Shown here: positions 36,295 through 46,084 of the stretch, one piece after another
Layout: each line of letters starts with the position of its first letter
Numbering within the stretch: position 1 is the stretch's first letter
From: Victivallales bacterium
GTDB taxonomy: Bacteria > Verrucomicrobiota > Lentisphaeria > Victivallales > UBA1829
DNA: 64,000 nucleotides
Assembly: GCA_045594005.1 (NCBI GenBank)
Contig: JAZNXT010000015.1
Location: forward strand, 13,418 to 77,417
Reading direction: 5' to 3'
Position numbers and translations under genes: made by a program
Notes under the pieces: model-generated
What the model saw: the letters and a program-made list of their open reading frames with translations, nothing else
What the model was told of the DNA's origin: nothing
Database searches by the model: none

Positions 36295-38091
36295 ATGGCA
36301 AAAAACAGTTTACCTGCCCGTTCGGAAATGGATCCGGCATACTGCTGGGATCTTACGCCCATCTATAAAGATGTGGACGCCTGGGAAAAAGATTTCAAAA
36401 AACTGGATCAGCTGCTGGAAAAAATTCAGACCTTCAAAGGACATCTGGCAGATTCAGCGGAAACGCTGCGCGATGCGTTCAAAGCGGAAGATGAAATGGC
36501 TGTTATCATCGACCGCCTTTATCATTATGCAGGACATAATCACGATGCAGATGTGACCGATCCGGTATATACGGCACTCCATGACCGTATTTCCGCACGG
36601 GATGCGGAGATCTCCGGCGATACCGCATGGTTCACGCCGGAACTGCAGGCGATCCCGAAAAAGAAAATGGAAGCCTATCTCAAATCACCCGTGCTGGCAT
36701 TTTACAAACGGTCACTGGATGAAGTGGCGCGTTTCCGGCCTCATGTGCTTTCCGAAGCGGAAGAACGCATCCTCGGTTTGAGTGCCGATGCCCTTTCCAC
36801 TCCCGGAAATATTTTCAAGATGCTCAACGATGCAGATCTTGTCTTCCCGGAAATTCAGGGTGCAAAAGGTAAAAAAAAGGTACAGGTCACCCACGGGAAT
36901 TATTCTGCACTGCAGGAAAGCAGCGACCGCCGGGTCCGTAAGGATTCCTTCTCCGCCGTTTATGATACATACAAAGGCGTGGCGAAGACCTTTGCTGCGA
37001 TTCTGGACGGGACCGTGAAAGCGGAAGTCCTGAGTGCAAAACTCCGCAATTACGGTTCCGCGCGGGAGATGGCTCTTTTCAATGACAATATCCCTTTGAG
37101 CGTGTACGACAATCTTATTGATACCGTCCATGCGTATCTTCCGGCACTTCACCGCTATTTCAAGCTCCGTGCAAAAATCATGGGTCTGAAAAAACTGGAT
37201 ATGTACGATATCCGCAATCCCCTTGTTCCGGGAAATGATAAAGCCGTCCCCTACGAACAGGCGGTAAAAATGGTCAAGCATGCCATGCTGCCTATGGGGA
37301 AGGAATATTGCAAGATCCTCGATCATGCGTTTACAGACCGGTGGATCGATGTTTTTGAATGTCGCGGTAAACGCTCCGGTGCTTATTCCGGCGGATTCTT
37401 CCGGACGCCCCCTGTGGTGCTGCTGAACTATTCCGGCACGCTGGATTCTGTATTTACGCTGGCGCATGAGCTTGGACATTCCATGCATTCCTATTTTTCC
37501 GATCACGCACAGGAATACCGCTATTCCAGCTACCGGATCTTTGCGGCGGAAGTCGCTTCCACCACCAACGAACTGCTGTTGTATCACGATCTGATGAAAC
37601 AGGCACAGACCAAAGAGGAAAAGGCGTCGCTGATCAATTTCCTGCTGGATACGATCCGCGGGACGGCGTTCCGTCAGACCATGTTTGCAGAATTTGAACG
37701 GGATATTTACGGCTGGAGCGAAAGCGGCACCCCGCTCACGGAAGATGCGCTTTCCGACCGTTATTTTGAGTTGAACAAATTGTATCACGGTCCGGCGGTC
37801 AAAGCCGATCCGCGGATCCGTTATGAATGGGCGCGCATCCCCCATTTCCATTATGTTTTCTATGTTTACAAATATGCCACCGGCATTTCCGCAGCAGCCG
37901 CACTTTCGCAGGATATTCTCAACGGGAAGACCGACCGTTATCTCAACTTCCTGAAATCCGGCGACAGCAAGGATGTGATCGATATTCTGAAAGATGCAGG
38001 AGTCGATTTCACCACACCCGCTCCGGTGGAAGCCTGCATGAAACTTTTTGATGAAAATGTGAAAGCATTGGAAAAACTGCTGAAAGCATGA
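36295..38091 (+). CDS. pepF: Oligoendopeptidase F (M3B)
   Basis: HELGHSMHS zinc motif and M3B-like length and layout. Start set at ATG 36295 (MAKNSLPARSEMDP); the 32-aa upstream extension is rejected. Confidence 0.85.
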   Translation: MAKNSLPARSEMDPAYCWDLTPIYKDVDAWEKDFKKLDQLLEKIQTFKGHLADSAETLRDAFKAEDEMAVIIDRLYHYAGHNHDADVTDPVYTALHDRISARDAEISGDTAWFTPELQAIPKKKMEAYLKSPVLAFYKRSLDEVARFRPHVLSEAEERILGLSADALSTPGNIFKMLNDADLVFPEIQGAKGKKKVQVTHGNYSALQESSDRRVRKDSFSAVYDTYKGVAKTFAAILDGTVKAEVLSAKLRNYGSAREMALFNDNIPLSVYDNLIDTVHAYLPALHRYFKLRAKIMGLKKLDMYDIRNPLVPGNDKAVPYEQAVKMVKHAMLPMGKEYCKILDHAFTDRWIDVFECRGKRSGAYSGGFFRTPPVVLLNYSGTLDSVFTLAHELGHSMHSYFSDHAQEYRYSSYRIFAAEVASTTNELLLYHDLMKQAQTKEEKASLINFLLDTIRGTAFRQTMFAEFERDIYGWSESGTPLTEDALSDRYFELNKLYHGPAVKADPRIRYEWARIPHFHYVFYVYKYATGISAAAALSQDILNGKTDRYLNFLKSGDSKDVIDILKDAGVDFTTPAPVEACMKLFDENVKALEKLLKA

Positions 38092-38137
38092 CAATAAACC
38101 AAAAAAGAGTCCCCAGAAAGAATAAGGAAATAACAAC

Positions 38138-39556
38138 ATGATGAAACACACCATCCGTCTTGCCGCTGCGGTCCTGGCGATCGCAACCACTCTCGGTGCT
38201 GCCGAAGCTGCAAAACCGGAACCGAAACCGACCGTTTACACAAAGTATGTGGATTGGCAGTGGGTCCCGAAAACGATTCAGGACAACGACTCTGCAAACA
38301 ATGTCCGTAATCAGATGGACTTCACCGTTCCCATTCACGGACCGTGGCTGACCAATCCTATGCCCGATGGTATGACGGTTACCTGGATCACCCGTGTAAA
38401 ATGTGCCGGCGGGATTGAATACCGGGAAAAAGGCACGGAGGAATTCAAACGGCTGTGGTTCGTGAAATACGGTCAGATCGATTACAGCAAGGATCTTCAT
38501 TCCTTCCATCTTACCGGTCTGAAACCCGGCACGGAATATGAATACCGCCTGCTTTCCAATATGGATCACTATTCCACTGCGTATCACGGCGTGCTTGCCG
38601 AGGGCAGAGAGATCTATTCCTTCAAGACCCTTGATCCGAAAAAAGATAAATATAAAGTCATGCTCACCGCTGACTTCCACGGAACCGCACGGCTCAGTCT
38701 GGATCCCCTCTACAAAGGAGTGGACGGCGACAACTGCGACATGTTCTTCTTCCTCGGCGACATTGTGGAAGACGGTCCCTACCGCGATATCCGCTACTAC
38801 ACCACTTTCGGATTCCTGGATGACATCACCCGCGTGTGGGGCAAATACAAACCCAGCATCTTCATCCGCGGCAATCATGATATCAACGGACGCGACACCT
38901 ACAAGTGGGGCGATTATTTCCCGCAGCCCAACGAACGCACCTATCAGGCATTCCGTCAGGGGCCCGTCCTTTTCATCTGCATTGATACCATGTGGTTCTG
39001 CCGTACGAAACTGCAGGACGAGCAGCACATGAAATATCTTCAGGAACAGGCAGACTGGATCAAAGCTCTGAAGAAGACCAAAGACTGGAAGGAAGCCAAG
39101 TTCCGCGTTGTGCTGGGACATGTTGCGCCCTATTCCGGGGAAGGCGATAAACTGGTGGGGACCTACTTCAATGAAGTCTTTTCCGATGACAGCAAAAACG
39201 GCAGGATCCATGCTTATCTCTGCGGACACGAACACGCTTACTGGCGCATCAACGCCAGGAGCGGCGAAACCCGTTATCAGAAAGGACTGGATCTTTCCAA
39301 AGTCAAACGCCTCTTCGGCAATACCTGGAAAGAAGGTCATCCGGTAAAAGCTCCCTATACTCTGGTGGTGCTGCATCTGGTGGAAGGTATGACTTTGGAA
39401 GTTTCTCCGGAAAAACTGATCTTCAAGAGCCACAACTGGCACAGTGTCACGCCGGATCTCTATGATGCTTTTGAAATCTATCCCGACGGCAGTGTGAAAG
39501 ATCTGATCGAAGTCCCCGTGCGTCCCATCGTGTTCCCCGTCAAGAAAGCAAAATGA
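38138..39556 (+). CDS. Secreted calcineurin-like metallophosphoesterase with N-terminal purple-acid-phosphatase-type FN3 domain (paralog 1)
   Basis: Signal-like MMKHTIRLAAAVLAIATTLGAAEA. Metallophosphoesterase motifs in order: ADFHG, GDIVEDG, RGNHD, LGHVAP, CGHEHAY. Confidence 0.75.
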   Translation: MMKHTIRLAAAVLAIATTLGAAEAAKPEPKPTVYTKYVDWQWVPKTIQDNDSANNVRNQMDFTVPIHGPWLTNPMPDGMTVTWITRVKCAGGIEYREKGTEEFKRLWFVKYGQIDYSKDLHSFHLTGLKPGTEYEYRLLSNMDHYSTAYHGVLAEGREIYSFKTLDPKKDKYKVMLTADFHGTARLSLDPLYKGVDGDNCDMFFFLGDIVEDGPYRDIRYYTTFGFLDDITRVWGKYKPSIFIRGNHDINGRDTYKWGDYFPQPNERTYQAFRQGPVLFICIDTMWFCRTKLQDEQHMKYLQEQADWIKALKKTKDWKEAKFRVVLGHVAPYSGEGDKLVGTYFNEVFSDDSKNGRIHAYLCGHEHAYWRINARSGETRYQKGLDLSKVKRLFGNTWKEGHPVKAPYTLVVLHLVEGMTLEVSPEKLIFKSHNWHSVTPDLYDAFEIYPDGSVKDLIEVPVRPIVFPVKKAK

Positions 39557-40983
39557 TCATGATGATGAGAAATTTTGATCTTGTAAAATTGACTGTACTG
39601 ACTGCCGGTCTGCTGACGGCTTCCGCCTGCGCTCTGGCTCAGTCCGATTATGTCGATCCCGGAAAATATATCGAATGGCATCACAAGGGTGTTGAAGTTC
39701 AGGATCCGGAAGCGGAAAAGAATGTCCGCCAGCTGGGTGATCTGACCAAACCCATGCACGGACCGTGGATCATGAATCCCACCTACAATTCCATGACGGT
39801 CAGCTGGATCTCCCGTACAAAATGTGCGGCGGGGATCCAGTATCGGGAAAAAGGAACAGAGGAATTCAAGACCCAGTGGCAGACCACCTACGGTCAGCTG
39901 CATTTCTTCAAGGAAAACCATGCGTTCCATCTGAAAAATCTGAAACCCGGCACGGAATATGAATACCGTTTCCTTACCGCTTGGAATTATTATCAGGGAA
40001 AAGGTCACCGGATGTTCACCGGAAAAGAGATCTATACCTTCAAAACGCCGGATCCCAAACGGGATACCTACAAGGCAGCGTTCTTCGCAGATGTTCACGG
40101 AGGCGAACGGTTGAACCTGGATCCCCGGATGGAACGGACCGATGCGCTGAAGTCCGATATGTTCTTCTATCTCGGCGATACAGTGGAAGACAGTTTCTAC
40201 GAACCGGCGCGTTATTATACCACATTCGGTTATCTGGATGATATCACCCGCTTCTGGGGAAAGAGCAAACCCACTATTTTCGTGCGTGGAAATCACGATG
40301 CGTGGGGCGTGGAATCCCATGAATACGGCGATTATATGCCCAGCCCGGACGGAAAGACTTATCAGGCTTTTTCTCAGGGACCCGTCCTGTATGTGGTCTT
40401 CGATTATTTCAGCGGTCACTATGGAAACAGTCCTGTTGCCATGCAGATCCGCGCCTATATGGAAGAACAGCTGGAATGGCTCCGCGCCCTGAAAAAGACC
40501 GATCAGTGGAAAAAAGCAAAATTCCGCGTTGTGATGGCTCATGTCAGCCCTCACGATATCGATTACAACAAGAATAAAGATTTTGCTGCAGGTGTGGCAT
40601 GGCGCAAGGAACTCAACGGCAATACAAAAGAAGACCGGATCCATATTTTCCTTGCAGGACATGAACACCGCTACCGCCGCCTCGATCCCAGGCTCCAGAA
40701 GGTCAAAGTGGGGAAAATGCGCGGATTTGTCAACGACTTCAACTACACCAATGTCGTGTTGGATCAGACAGAATGTATGACTCTGGATGTTTCCCCGGAA
40801 AAACTGGTGTTCAAAAGTTATGACTGGACCAGAGGAAAAGATGTACTGCGGGACTCTTTTGAGATCTATCCGGACGGATCCGTTAAAGATCTGATGAAAG
40901 TGAAGGTCAATCCCCTTCTCACGCCGGAAGAATGGATGGAATTGCAGAAAAAACTCCGTCAGGAAAAGAAGAAAAAGAAATAA
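39553..40983 (+). CDS. Secreted calcineurin-like metallophosphoesterase (paralog 2, tandem duplicate)
   Basis: Motifs ADVHG, GDTVEDS, RGNHD, MAHVSP, AGHEHRY. Roughly half the residues are identical to paralog 1 by eye. Shares an identical 29-nt stretch with paralog 1 (38519-38547 = 39940-39968). ATG overlaps the upstream stop (ATGA). Lys-rich tail. Confidence 0.75.
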   Translation: MIMMMRNFDLVKLTVLTAGLLTASACALAQSDYVDPGKYIEWHHKGVEVQDPEAEKNVRQLGDLTKPMHGPWIMNPTYNSMTVSWISRTKCAAGIQYREKGTEEFKTQWQTTYGQLHFFKENHAFHLKNLKPGTEYEYRFLTAWNYYQGKGHRMFTGKEIYTFKTPDPKRDTYKAAFFADVHGGERLNLDPRMERTDALKSDMFFYLGDTVEDSFYEPARYYTTFGYLDDITRFWGKSKPTIFVRGNHDAWGVESHEYGDYMPSPDGKTYQAFSQGPVLYVVFDYFSGHYGNSPVAMQIRAYMEEQLEWLRALKKTDQWKKAKFRVVMAHVSPHDIDYNKNKDFAAGVAWRKELNGNTKEDRIHIFLAGHEHRYRRLDPRLQKVKVGKMRGFVNDFNYTNVVLDQTECMTLDVSPEKLVFKSYDWTRGKDVLRDSFEIYPDGSVKDLMKVKVNPLLTPEEWMELQKKLRQEKKKKK

Positions 40984-41004
40984 CAGTAAAGGTTTGAAGC
41001 TCTT

Positions 41005-42477
41005 ATGTGGCAGAATTTTACATCCGATGTGCCGGAAACTACCGGTAAAGTCCGTTATGCAGAAGCATCCTGCAAAACGCTGGACAATGTTTCCATCTGT
41101 TCTGCACGGGACGATGCGGAACGGTTCCTGATCGTTTCCGGTAACAGCACAAGTGCTGTGTTTCAGGCATTTGAAGGCATCGTTTCCGGCAGCATCAAAA
41201 AAGCACCGTACACCCATGCCAATGCCGAAGCTCTCCGGAAATATTTTCCGTGGACAAAACCTGTACCTGTGCTGCGGAAACGCTGTTCTTTCGGTTGCGG
41301 AGACCGCCTCGGATGTGCCACCAGTGCCCATGCCGAACTGTTCAAAAAGTATGATGCCGCACCGGTATTCGCACAGCAGTCCGTGCGGGAACTGACGCTG
41401 ACACACCGTACCTTTGAAAGTGTGATCGATGATGCCACCTTCGAGGTCTTTCAGGCTGATTATCAGGGCGGTTTCGGCGCAGATGGCGATCACCTGAAAA
41501 GTTTTGAACATATCGGTGAAGCTGTCAAAGCCGGTGTGACCATGCTGACGCTGGATCTTTCCGAACAGCTCAAGCCCGAATTCGCCGGAGCCGATGAAGA
41601 AAGTATCCGCGCCGCATACGGAAAACTGGATGCGGATCTCCGCGCCCGGATGGAAAGTTCTTATACTTCCGTTCCCGCGCTGGGCTTGGAATTTTCCGAA
41701 CTGGAACGGATGCGCTGCGCACTCATTTATACGCAGGCAATGGATTTTTCTGCACAGGTCCACAAATTCCTTTGCGAAAATGGCGGAGCCGATACCGATT
41801 TGGAAATTTCCATCGACGAAACCACCGCACCCACCATTCCGGAACACCACTTCTTCGTGGCGTCCGAACTCAAATTCCGCAATGTTCCCTTCGTTTCTCT
41901 TGCACCCCGGTTCATCGGCGAGTTTCAGAAAGGGATCGATTATATCGGCGATCTGGCGGAATTTGAAAAACAGTTCGCCGTTCATGCGAAGATTGCGGCA
42001 TTTTTCGGCTTCTACAAACTTTCCATCCATTCCGGCAGCGATAAATTCAGCGCGTTTCCCATCATCGGAAAACTCACAGAAGGCAGAGTCCATGTGAAAA
42101 CCGCCGGAACCAGCTGGCTGGAAGCCGCACATACCATTGCGATCGCAGAACCGGAATTGTTCCGGGATATGGTCAAATATGCCTTCGTGGTCCTTGCCGA
42201 CGCACGCAAACTTTATCATGTCACTGCCGATTTTGATGCACTTCCTGATCCCGACAGTATCCCCGCTGATGAGCTGGTGAAACTGCTGGATGCAGACTGC
42301 ATCGCCGGCAGACAGCTGATCCATATCACTTACGGCGGTATGCTGGGCGGCAGTGATCCGGATCTTACGAAACGGATCCGTAAAGCATTGCTGGATCATG
42401 CAGAGGGATATGTGGCGTGTATCGACCGCCACTTCACCCGCCATCTGGAATGTCTCGGGATTTCAAAAAAAGCCTGA
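41005..42477 (+). CDS. uxaE: Tagaturonate/fructuronate epimerase UxaE family
   Basis: Matches my memory of Thermotoga UxaE: FGCGDRLG, PVFAQQSVREL, GFGADGDHLK, RFIGEFQKGIDYIGDL, SIHSGSDKFS, HVKTAGTSWLEA, RQLIHITYG. Confidence 0.75.
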   Translation: MWQNFTSDVPETTGKVRYAEASCKTLDNVSICSARDDAERFLIVSGNSTSAVFQAFEGIVSGSIKKAPYTHANAEALRKYFPWTKPVPVLRKRCSFGCGDRLGCATSAHAELFKKYDAAPVFAQQSVRELTLTHRTFESVIDDATFEVFQADYQGGFGADGDHLKSFEHIGEAVKAGVTMLTLDLSEQLKPEFAGADEESIRAAYGKLDADLRARMESSYTSVPALGLEFSELERMRCALIYTQAMDFSAQVHKFLCENGGADTDLEISIDETTAPTIPEHHFFVASELKFRNVPFVSLAPRFIGEFQKGIDYIGDLAEFEKQFAVHAKIAAFFGFYKLSIHSGSDKFSAFPIIGKLTEGRVHVKTAGTSWLEAAHTIAIAEPELFRDMVKYAFVVLADARKLYHVTADFDALPDPDSIPADELVKLLDADCIAGRQLIHITYGGMLGGSDPDLTKRIRKALLDHAEGYVACIDRHFTRHLECLGISKKA

Positions 42478-42501
42478 AGATCTGATTTTTCCTGATCGAC
42501 C

Positions 42502-42531
42502 GCGCACCGGGGACCCCGGTGCGCTTTTTTG
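42502..42531 (+). terminator. Strong intrinsic terminator after uxaE
   Basis: GCGCACCGGGG (42502-42512) pairs with CCCCGGTGCGC (42514-42524), perfect complement, followed by T6. Confidence 0.85.
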
Positions 42532-42549
42532 TTTGTCATAAAACTGTGA

Positions 42550-42594
42550 TTGTCGCAGTTTTGTCGCACCGTTCATCTGCGTCATTTTGTCGCA
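42550..42594 (+). promoter_or_regulatory. Three direct copies of TTGTCGCA upstream of the clpB sigma54 promoter (candidate activator sites)
   Basis: TTGTCGCA at 42550-42557, 42561-42568 and 42587-42594. Degenerate TTTGTCA at 42532 and 42650. Partial inverted copy TGCGTCA at 42578. Confidence 0.4.
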
Positions 42595-42625
42595 TATTTC
42601 ATCTTCTTTCTGCAAAAATCTGTAT

Positions 42626-42641
42626 TGGCACGCCTTTTGCT
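42626..42641 (+). promoter_or_regulatory. sigma54 (-24/-12) promoter upstream of clpB
   Basis: TGGCACGCCTTTTGCT matches TGGCAC-N5-TTGC(A/T) exactly; GG (42627-28) and GC (42639-40) are separated by 10 nt; 48 nt upstream of the clpB ATG. Confidence 0.7.
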
Positions 42642-42688
42642 TTTATCTGTTTGTCAAAACAAACATCAACCAAAAGGAGATTTTGACT

Positions 42689-45310
42689 ATGGACATGCAG
42701 AAACTCACAGAAAAATCCCGCGCCGCCATGATGCGCGCACAGGAAATCGCATTGGAACACGGCAATCACGAGATCACCGGGGCTCATTTGCTTTATGCTT
42801 TGCTCACACAGGATGAAGGGTTGATCCCCTCTCTTTTCAAACACATGGGACTTTCTGCGGCAGATGCCGCCGTGAAAGCCGGACAGGAGATCGGCAAACT
42901 TTCCAGTGTTTCCGGACCGGGCGCACAGCAGCCCCACACCTCCCGGGAGTTCAGCGAAATTTTGATCGCGGCAAAGAACAATGCGGAATCCATGAAAGAT
43001 GAATATATCAGCGTGGAACATCTTTTCCGGGGGATCATGGAAAAATCGCCCGCCTGCCGGACTCTTCTTCAGCAGATGGGGGTGACGGAAGACACATTTC
43101 TCAAGGCATTGATGGCGGTACGCGGCAATCAGCGCGTTACCAGTGAAACGCCGGAAGCCGCCTTTGAAGCATTGGAAAAATACGGAAAAGATCTGACACG
43201 CCTTGCCGCCGATGATAAACTTGATCCCGTGATCGGCAGAGATGATGAGATCCGCCGTGCCATCCAGATCCTTGCCCGCCGTACCAAAAACAACCCTGTT
43301 CTCATCGGGGAACCGGGTGTGGGCAAGACTGCCATTGTGGAAGGACTGGCTGTGCGTATGGTCCGCGGAGATGTGCCGGAATCTCTGAAAAACAAACGGA
43401 TCATTGCGCTGGATATGGGCGCACTCATTGCCGGAGCAAAATACCGGGGCGAATTTGAAGAACGGTTGAAAGCTGTCCTGAAAGAAGTGGCATCTGCCAA
43501 CGGTGATATTATTCTGTTTATTGACGAACTGCATACCGTGGTGGGTGCCGGTGCCTCCGAAGGCAGTATGGATGCAGGAAATCTGCTGAAACCCATGCTG
43601 GCACGGGGCGAACTGCATTGCATCGGTGCGACCACGCTGGATGAATACCGTAAATATATCGAAAAGGATGCTGCGCTGGAACGCCGTTTTCAGGCGATCC
43701 TCGCGGCGGAACCGGATGTGGAGGATACCATTGCCATTTTGCGCGGACTCAAAGAACGCTATGAGATCCATCATGGCGTCAAGATCCGCGACGGTGCAGT
43801 GGTGGCGGCGGCGACTCTTTCCGATAAATATATTTCCGACCGTTTCCTGCCGGATAAAGCCATTGACCTGATGGATGGAGCCGCAGCAAAACTGCGCACG
43901 GAAATCGATTCCTGTCCTGTGGAGATCGACGAACTGGAACGCAAAGCCATGCGGTTGGAAATCGAACTTTCCGCCTTGAAAAAGGAAAAAGACGACGCTT
44001 CCAAAAAACGCCGTGCCGATCTGGAAAAAGAATTGGCTGATGTGAAAGAAAAAGTCCATTCCTTCCGCGCGGAATGGGATGCGGAAAAACGCGCCATTGA
44101 TGAATCCCGCACCTTGCGGGAAAGTCTGGAGATCGCCAAAGCAAAACTGGATAAAGCGGAACGGGAATCCGATCTTGAACGGGCGGGCGAACTGCGTTTT
44201 TCTGTGATCCCCGGTCTGGAAAAACAGATCGCTGATGCCAATAAACGCGCGTCGCAGGAACGGAATCTGCTCAAAGAGGAAGTCACCGAGGAAGATATTG
44301 CGGAGATCGTGAGCCGCTGGACTCATATTCCGGTGGCGAAACTGGTGCAGAGTGAACGGGAAAAACTCCTTCATTTGAGCGATGAACTCCATAAACGGGT
44401 GATCGGTCAGGATGAAGCCGTGGACGCAGTGGCAGATGCCGTCCTGCGCAGCAGAGCAGGCTTGAAAGATCCCAAACGCCCCGGTGCAAGTTTTATTTTT
44501 CTCGGACCTACCGGTGTGGGAAAAACGGAACTGGCACGCACACTTGCGGAAGAATTGTTCGACGACGAACGCGCCATGGTGCGGATCGATATGAGTGAAT
44601 ACATGGAAAAACACACTGTGTCCCGTCTCATCGGTGCCGCTCCCGGATATGTGGGATTCGATGAAGGCGGTCAGCTCACGGAAGCAGTCCGGCGCAAACC
44701 CTATTGCGTGCTGCTTTTTGATGAGATCGAAAAAGCACATCCCGATGTGTTCAATATCTTTCTGCAGATTTTGGATGACGGACAGCTCACAGATTCCCAC
44801 GGCAGAACGGTGAACTTCAAAAACACCATCATCATTATGACCAGCAACATCGGTAGTGATCTGCTGCTGGATGCTGCCAGCGGTTCAAAAGACGGCAGTT
44901 TCGATTCGGAAGCACTGCGTCCGGAGTTGATGAAACTCCTGCGCACACATTTCCGTCCGGAATTCCTGAACCGTGTGGACGCCACGCTCATTTTCAAACC
45001 GCTCACAAAAGATCAGATCCGCAGTATTCTGGATCTGCAGATCGCTCATGTGGCGGCACGGCTGGCTGATCAGGGGATCGCGCTGGAAGTGGACGAAGCC
45101 GCAAAAGATCTGATGGCAGCGGAAGGATACGATCCCGGATTCGGCGCACGGCCGATCAAACGCGTGGTGGTGAAAGAGATCGAAACGCCGGTTTCCCGTA
45201 TGATCATCAGCGGCATGGTAAAAGGCGGCATGGTGATCAAAGCGGGTGTGAATACGGAAGGCTCCGCCCTTGTCTTCACTCCTGTGGAAAAGAATGAAGA
45301 GCGCGTTTGA
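42689..45310 (+). CDS. clpB: ATP-dependent chaperone/disaggregase ClpB
   Basis: 873 aa with Clp N domain, two AAA+ modules ([16 protein letters not shown]) and a long coiled-coil middle domain. Start set at ATG 42689 behind AAGGAGA; upstream extension rejected. Confidence 0.95.
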   Translation: MDMQKLTEKSRAAMMRAQEIALEHGNHEITGAHLLYALLTQDEGLIPSLFKHMGLSAADAAVKAGQEIGKLSSVSGPGAQQPHTSREFSEILIAAKNNAESMKDEYISVEHLFRGIMEKSPACRTLLQQMGVTEDTFLKALMAVRGNQRVTSETPEAAFEALEKYGKDLTRLAADDKLDPVIGRDDEIRRAIQILARRTKNNPVLIGEPGVGKTAIVEGLAVRMVRGDVPESLKNKRIIALDMGALIAGAKYRGEFEERLKAVLKEVASANGDIILFIDELHTVVGAGASEGSMDAGNLLKPMLARGELHCIGATTLDEYRKYIEKDAALERRFQAILAAEPDVEDTIAILRGLKERYEIHHGVKIRDGAVVAAATLSDKYISDRFLPDKAIDLMDGAAAKLRTEIDSCPVEIDELERKAMRLEIELSALKKEKDDASKKRRADLEKELADVKEKVHSFRAEWDAEKRAIDESRTLRESLEIAKAKLDKAERESDLERAGELRFSVIPGLEKQIADANKRASQERNLLKEEVTEEDIAEIVSRWTHIPVAKLVQSEREKLLHLSDELHKRVIGQDEAVDAVADAVLRSRAGLKDPKRPGASFIFLGPTGVGKTELARTLAEELFDDERAMVRIDMSEYMEKHTVSRLIGAAPGYVGFDEGGQLTEAVRRKPYCVLLFDEIEKAHPDVFNIFLQILDDGQLTDSHGRTVNFKNTIIIMTSNIGSDLLLDAASGSKDGSFDSEALRPELMKLLRTHFRPEFLNRVDATLIFKPLTKDQIRSILDLQIAHVAARLADQGIALEVDEAAKDLMAAEGYDPGFGARPIKRVVVKEIETPVSRMIISGMVKGGMVIKAGVNTEGSALVFTPVEKNEERV

Positions 45311-45378
45311 TTTTCCCGTTTCAGCGTGTATATTATACGCTTGTGCGATTATTAACAGAAAAATGAAGGTGACTTATT

Positions 45379-46062
45379 ATGGACCGGGACGAAGATAAAA
45401 AGATCAACGAAGAAGCTGTTGCAGAAGAAAATACTGCTGCGGCAGAAGAAGAAACGGCGTCAACGCCGGAAACGGAAAATGCCGGGATCGCGGAGGAAAA
45501 AAAGAAAAACTCCTGGAAGATCTTCGGCGGTAAAGATAAAAAGGAAGAAAAGAAAGAACAGACTCCGGAAGAACGGATCAATGAATTGACCGGAAAACTG
45601 GCAGAAGCGGAAAAACTGCGTCTGCTCGCTTTGGCGGAAATGGACAATCAGCGCAAACGCGCGGCGAAAGAACGGGAAAATATGCGGTTGAATATTACAC
45701 AGGATACCGTGATGCCCTTTTTGCAGGTGTTCGACTTTTTCACCATGGCGGTCAAATCCGCACAGCAGAGTCAGAATCTGGATGCCCTGCTTCAGGGCAT
45801 GCAGATGATCCAGCAGCTTTTTGATAAAGCGTTGGATGAACTGGGTGTGGAAAAGATCGAAGCGGTCGGCAAAAAATTTGATCCTGCGCTTCACGACGCA
45901 AAAGAACAGCGTCCTTCCGATACCGTTCCCGAAGGGATCGTGATCGAACAGTGGAACACCGGCTTCAAATTCGGAGACCGTCTGATGAAACCGGCTATGG
46001 TGATCGTCAGCTCCGGCAAAGAAAAAACGGAACCGGCAGCGGAGCAGGAAACGGAAGGCTGA
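45379..46062 (+). CDS. grpE: Nucleotide exchange factor GrpE
   Basis: 227 aa with an acidic/Lys-rich N-terminal tail, then LLALAEMDNQRKRAAKERE...FLQVFDFF...GVEKIEAVGKKFDPALHDA. Confidence 0.85.
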   Translation: MDRDEDKKINEEAVAEENTAAAEEETASTPETENAGIAEEKKKNSWKIFGGKDKKEEKKEQTPEERINELTGKLAEAEKLRLLALAEMDNQRKRAAKERENMRLNITQDTVMPFLQVFDFFTMAVKSAQQSQNLDALLQGMQMIQQLFDKALDELGVEKIEAVGKKFDPALHDAKEQRPSDTVPEGIVIEQWNTGFKFGDRLMKPAMVIVSSGKEKTEPAAEQETEG

Positions 46063-46084
46063 TCTTTCAGAATCGAGGTGAAAG

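Noticed and set aside
39478-42444. 988-aa minus-strand ORF spanning metallophosphoesterase 2 and uxaE; similar giants at 13943-16522, 42599-44800, 30834-32753, 3052-4275 and 51381-52538
   Set aside because: They are codon-phase-aligned shadows of well-supported sense genes. They cross gene boundaries and intergenic spacers, have low-complexity F/G/R/H/D-rich translations, and have no start context. They are explained by the rarity of TTA/CTA/TCA sense codons.
45320-45345. Near-palindrome AGCGTGTATATTATACGCT between clpB and grpE as terminator or operator
   Set aside because: It is an imperfect AT-rich stem with a bulge and no U-tract. It could equally be a chance sequence or a weak internal promoter (-10-like TATATT). 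The evidence is insufficient.
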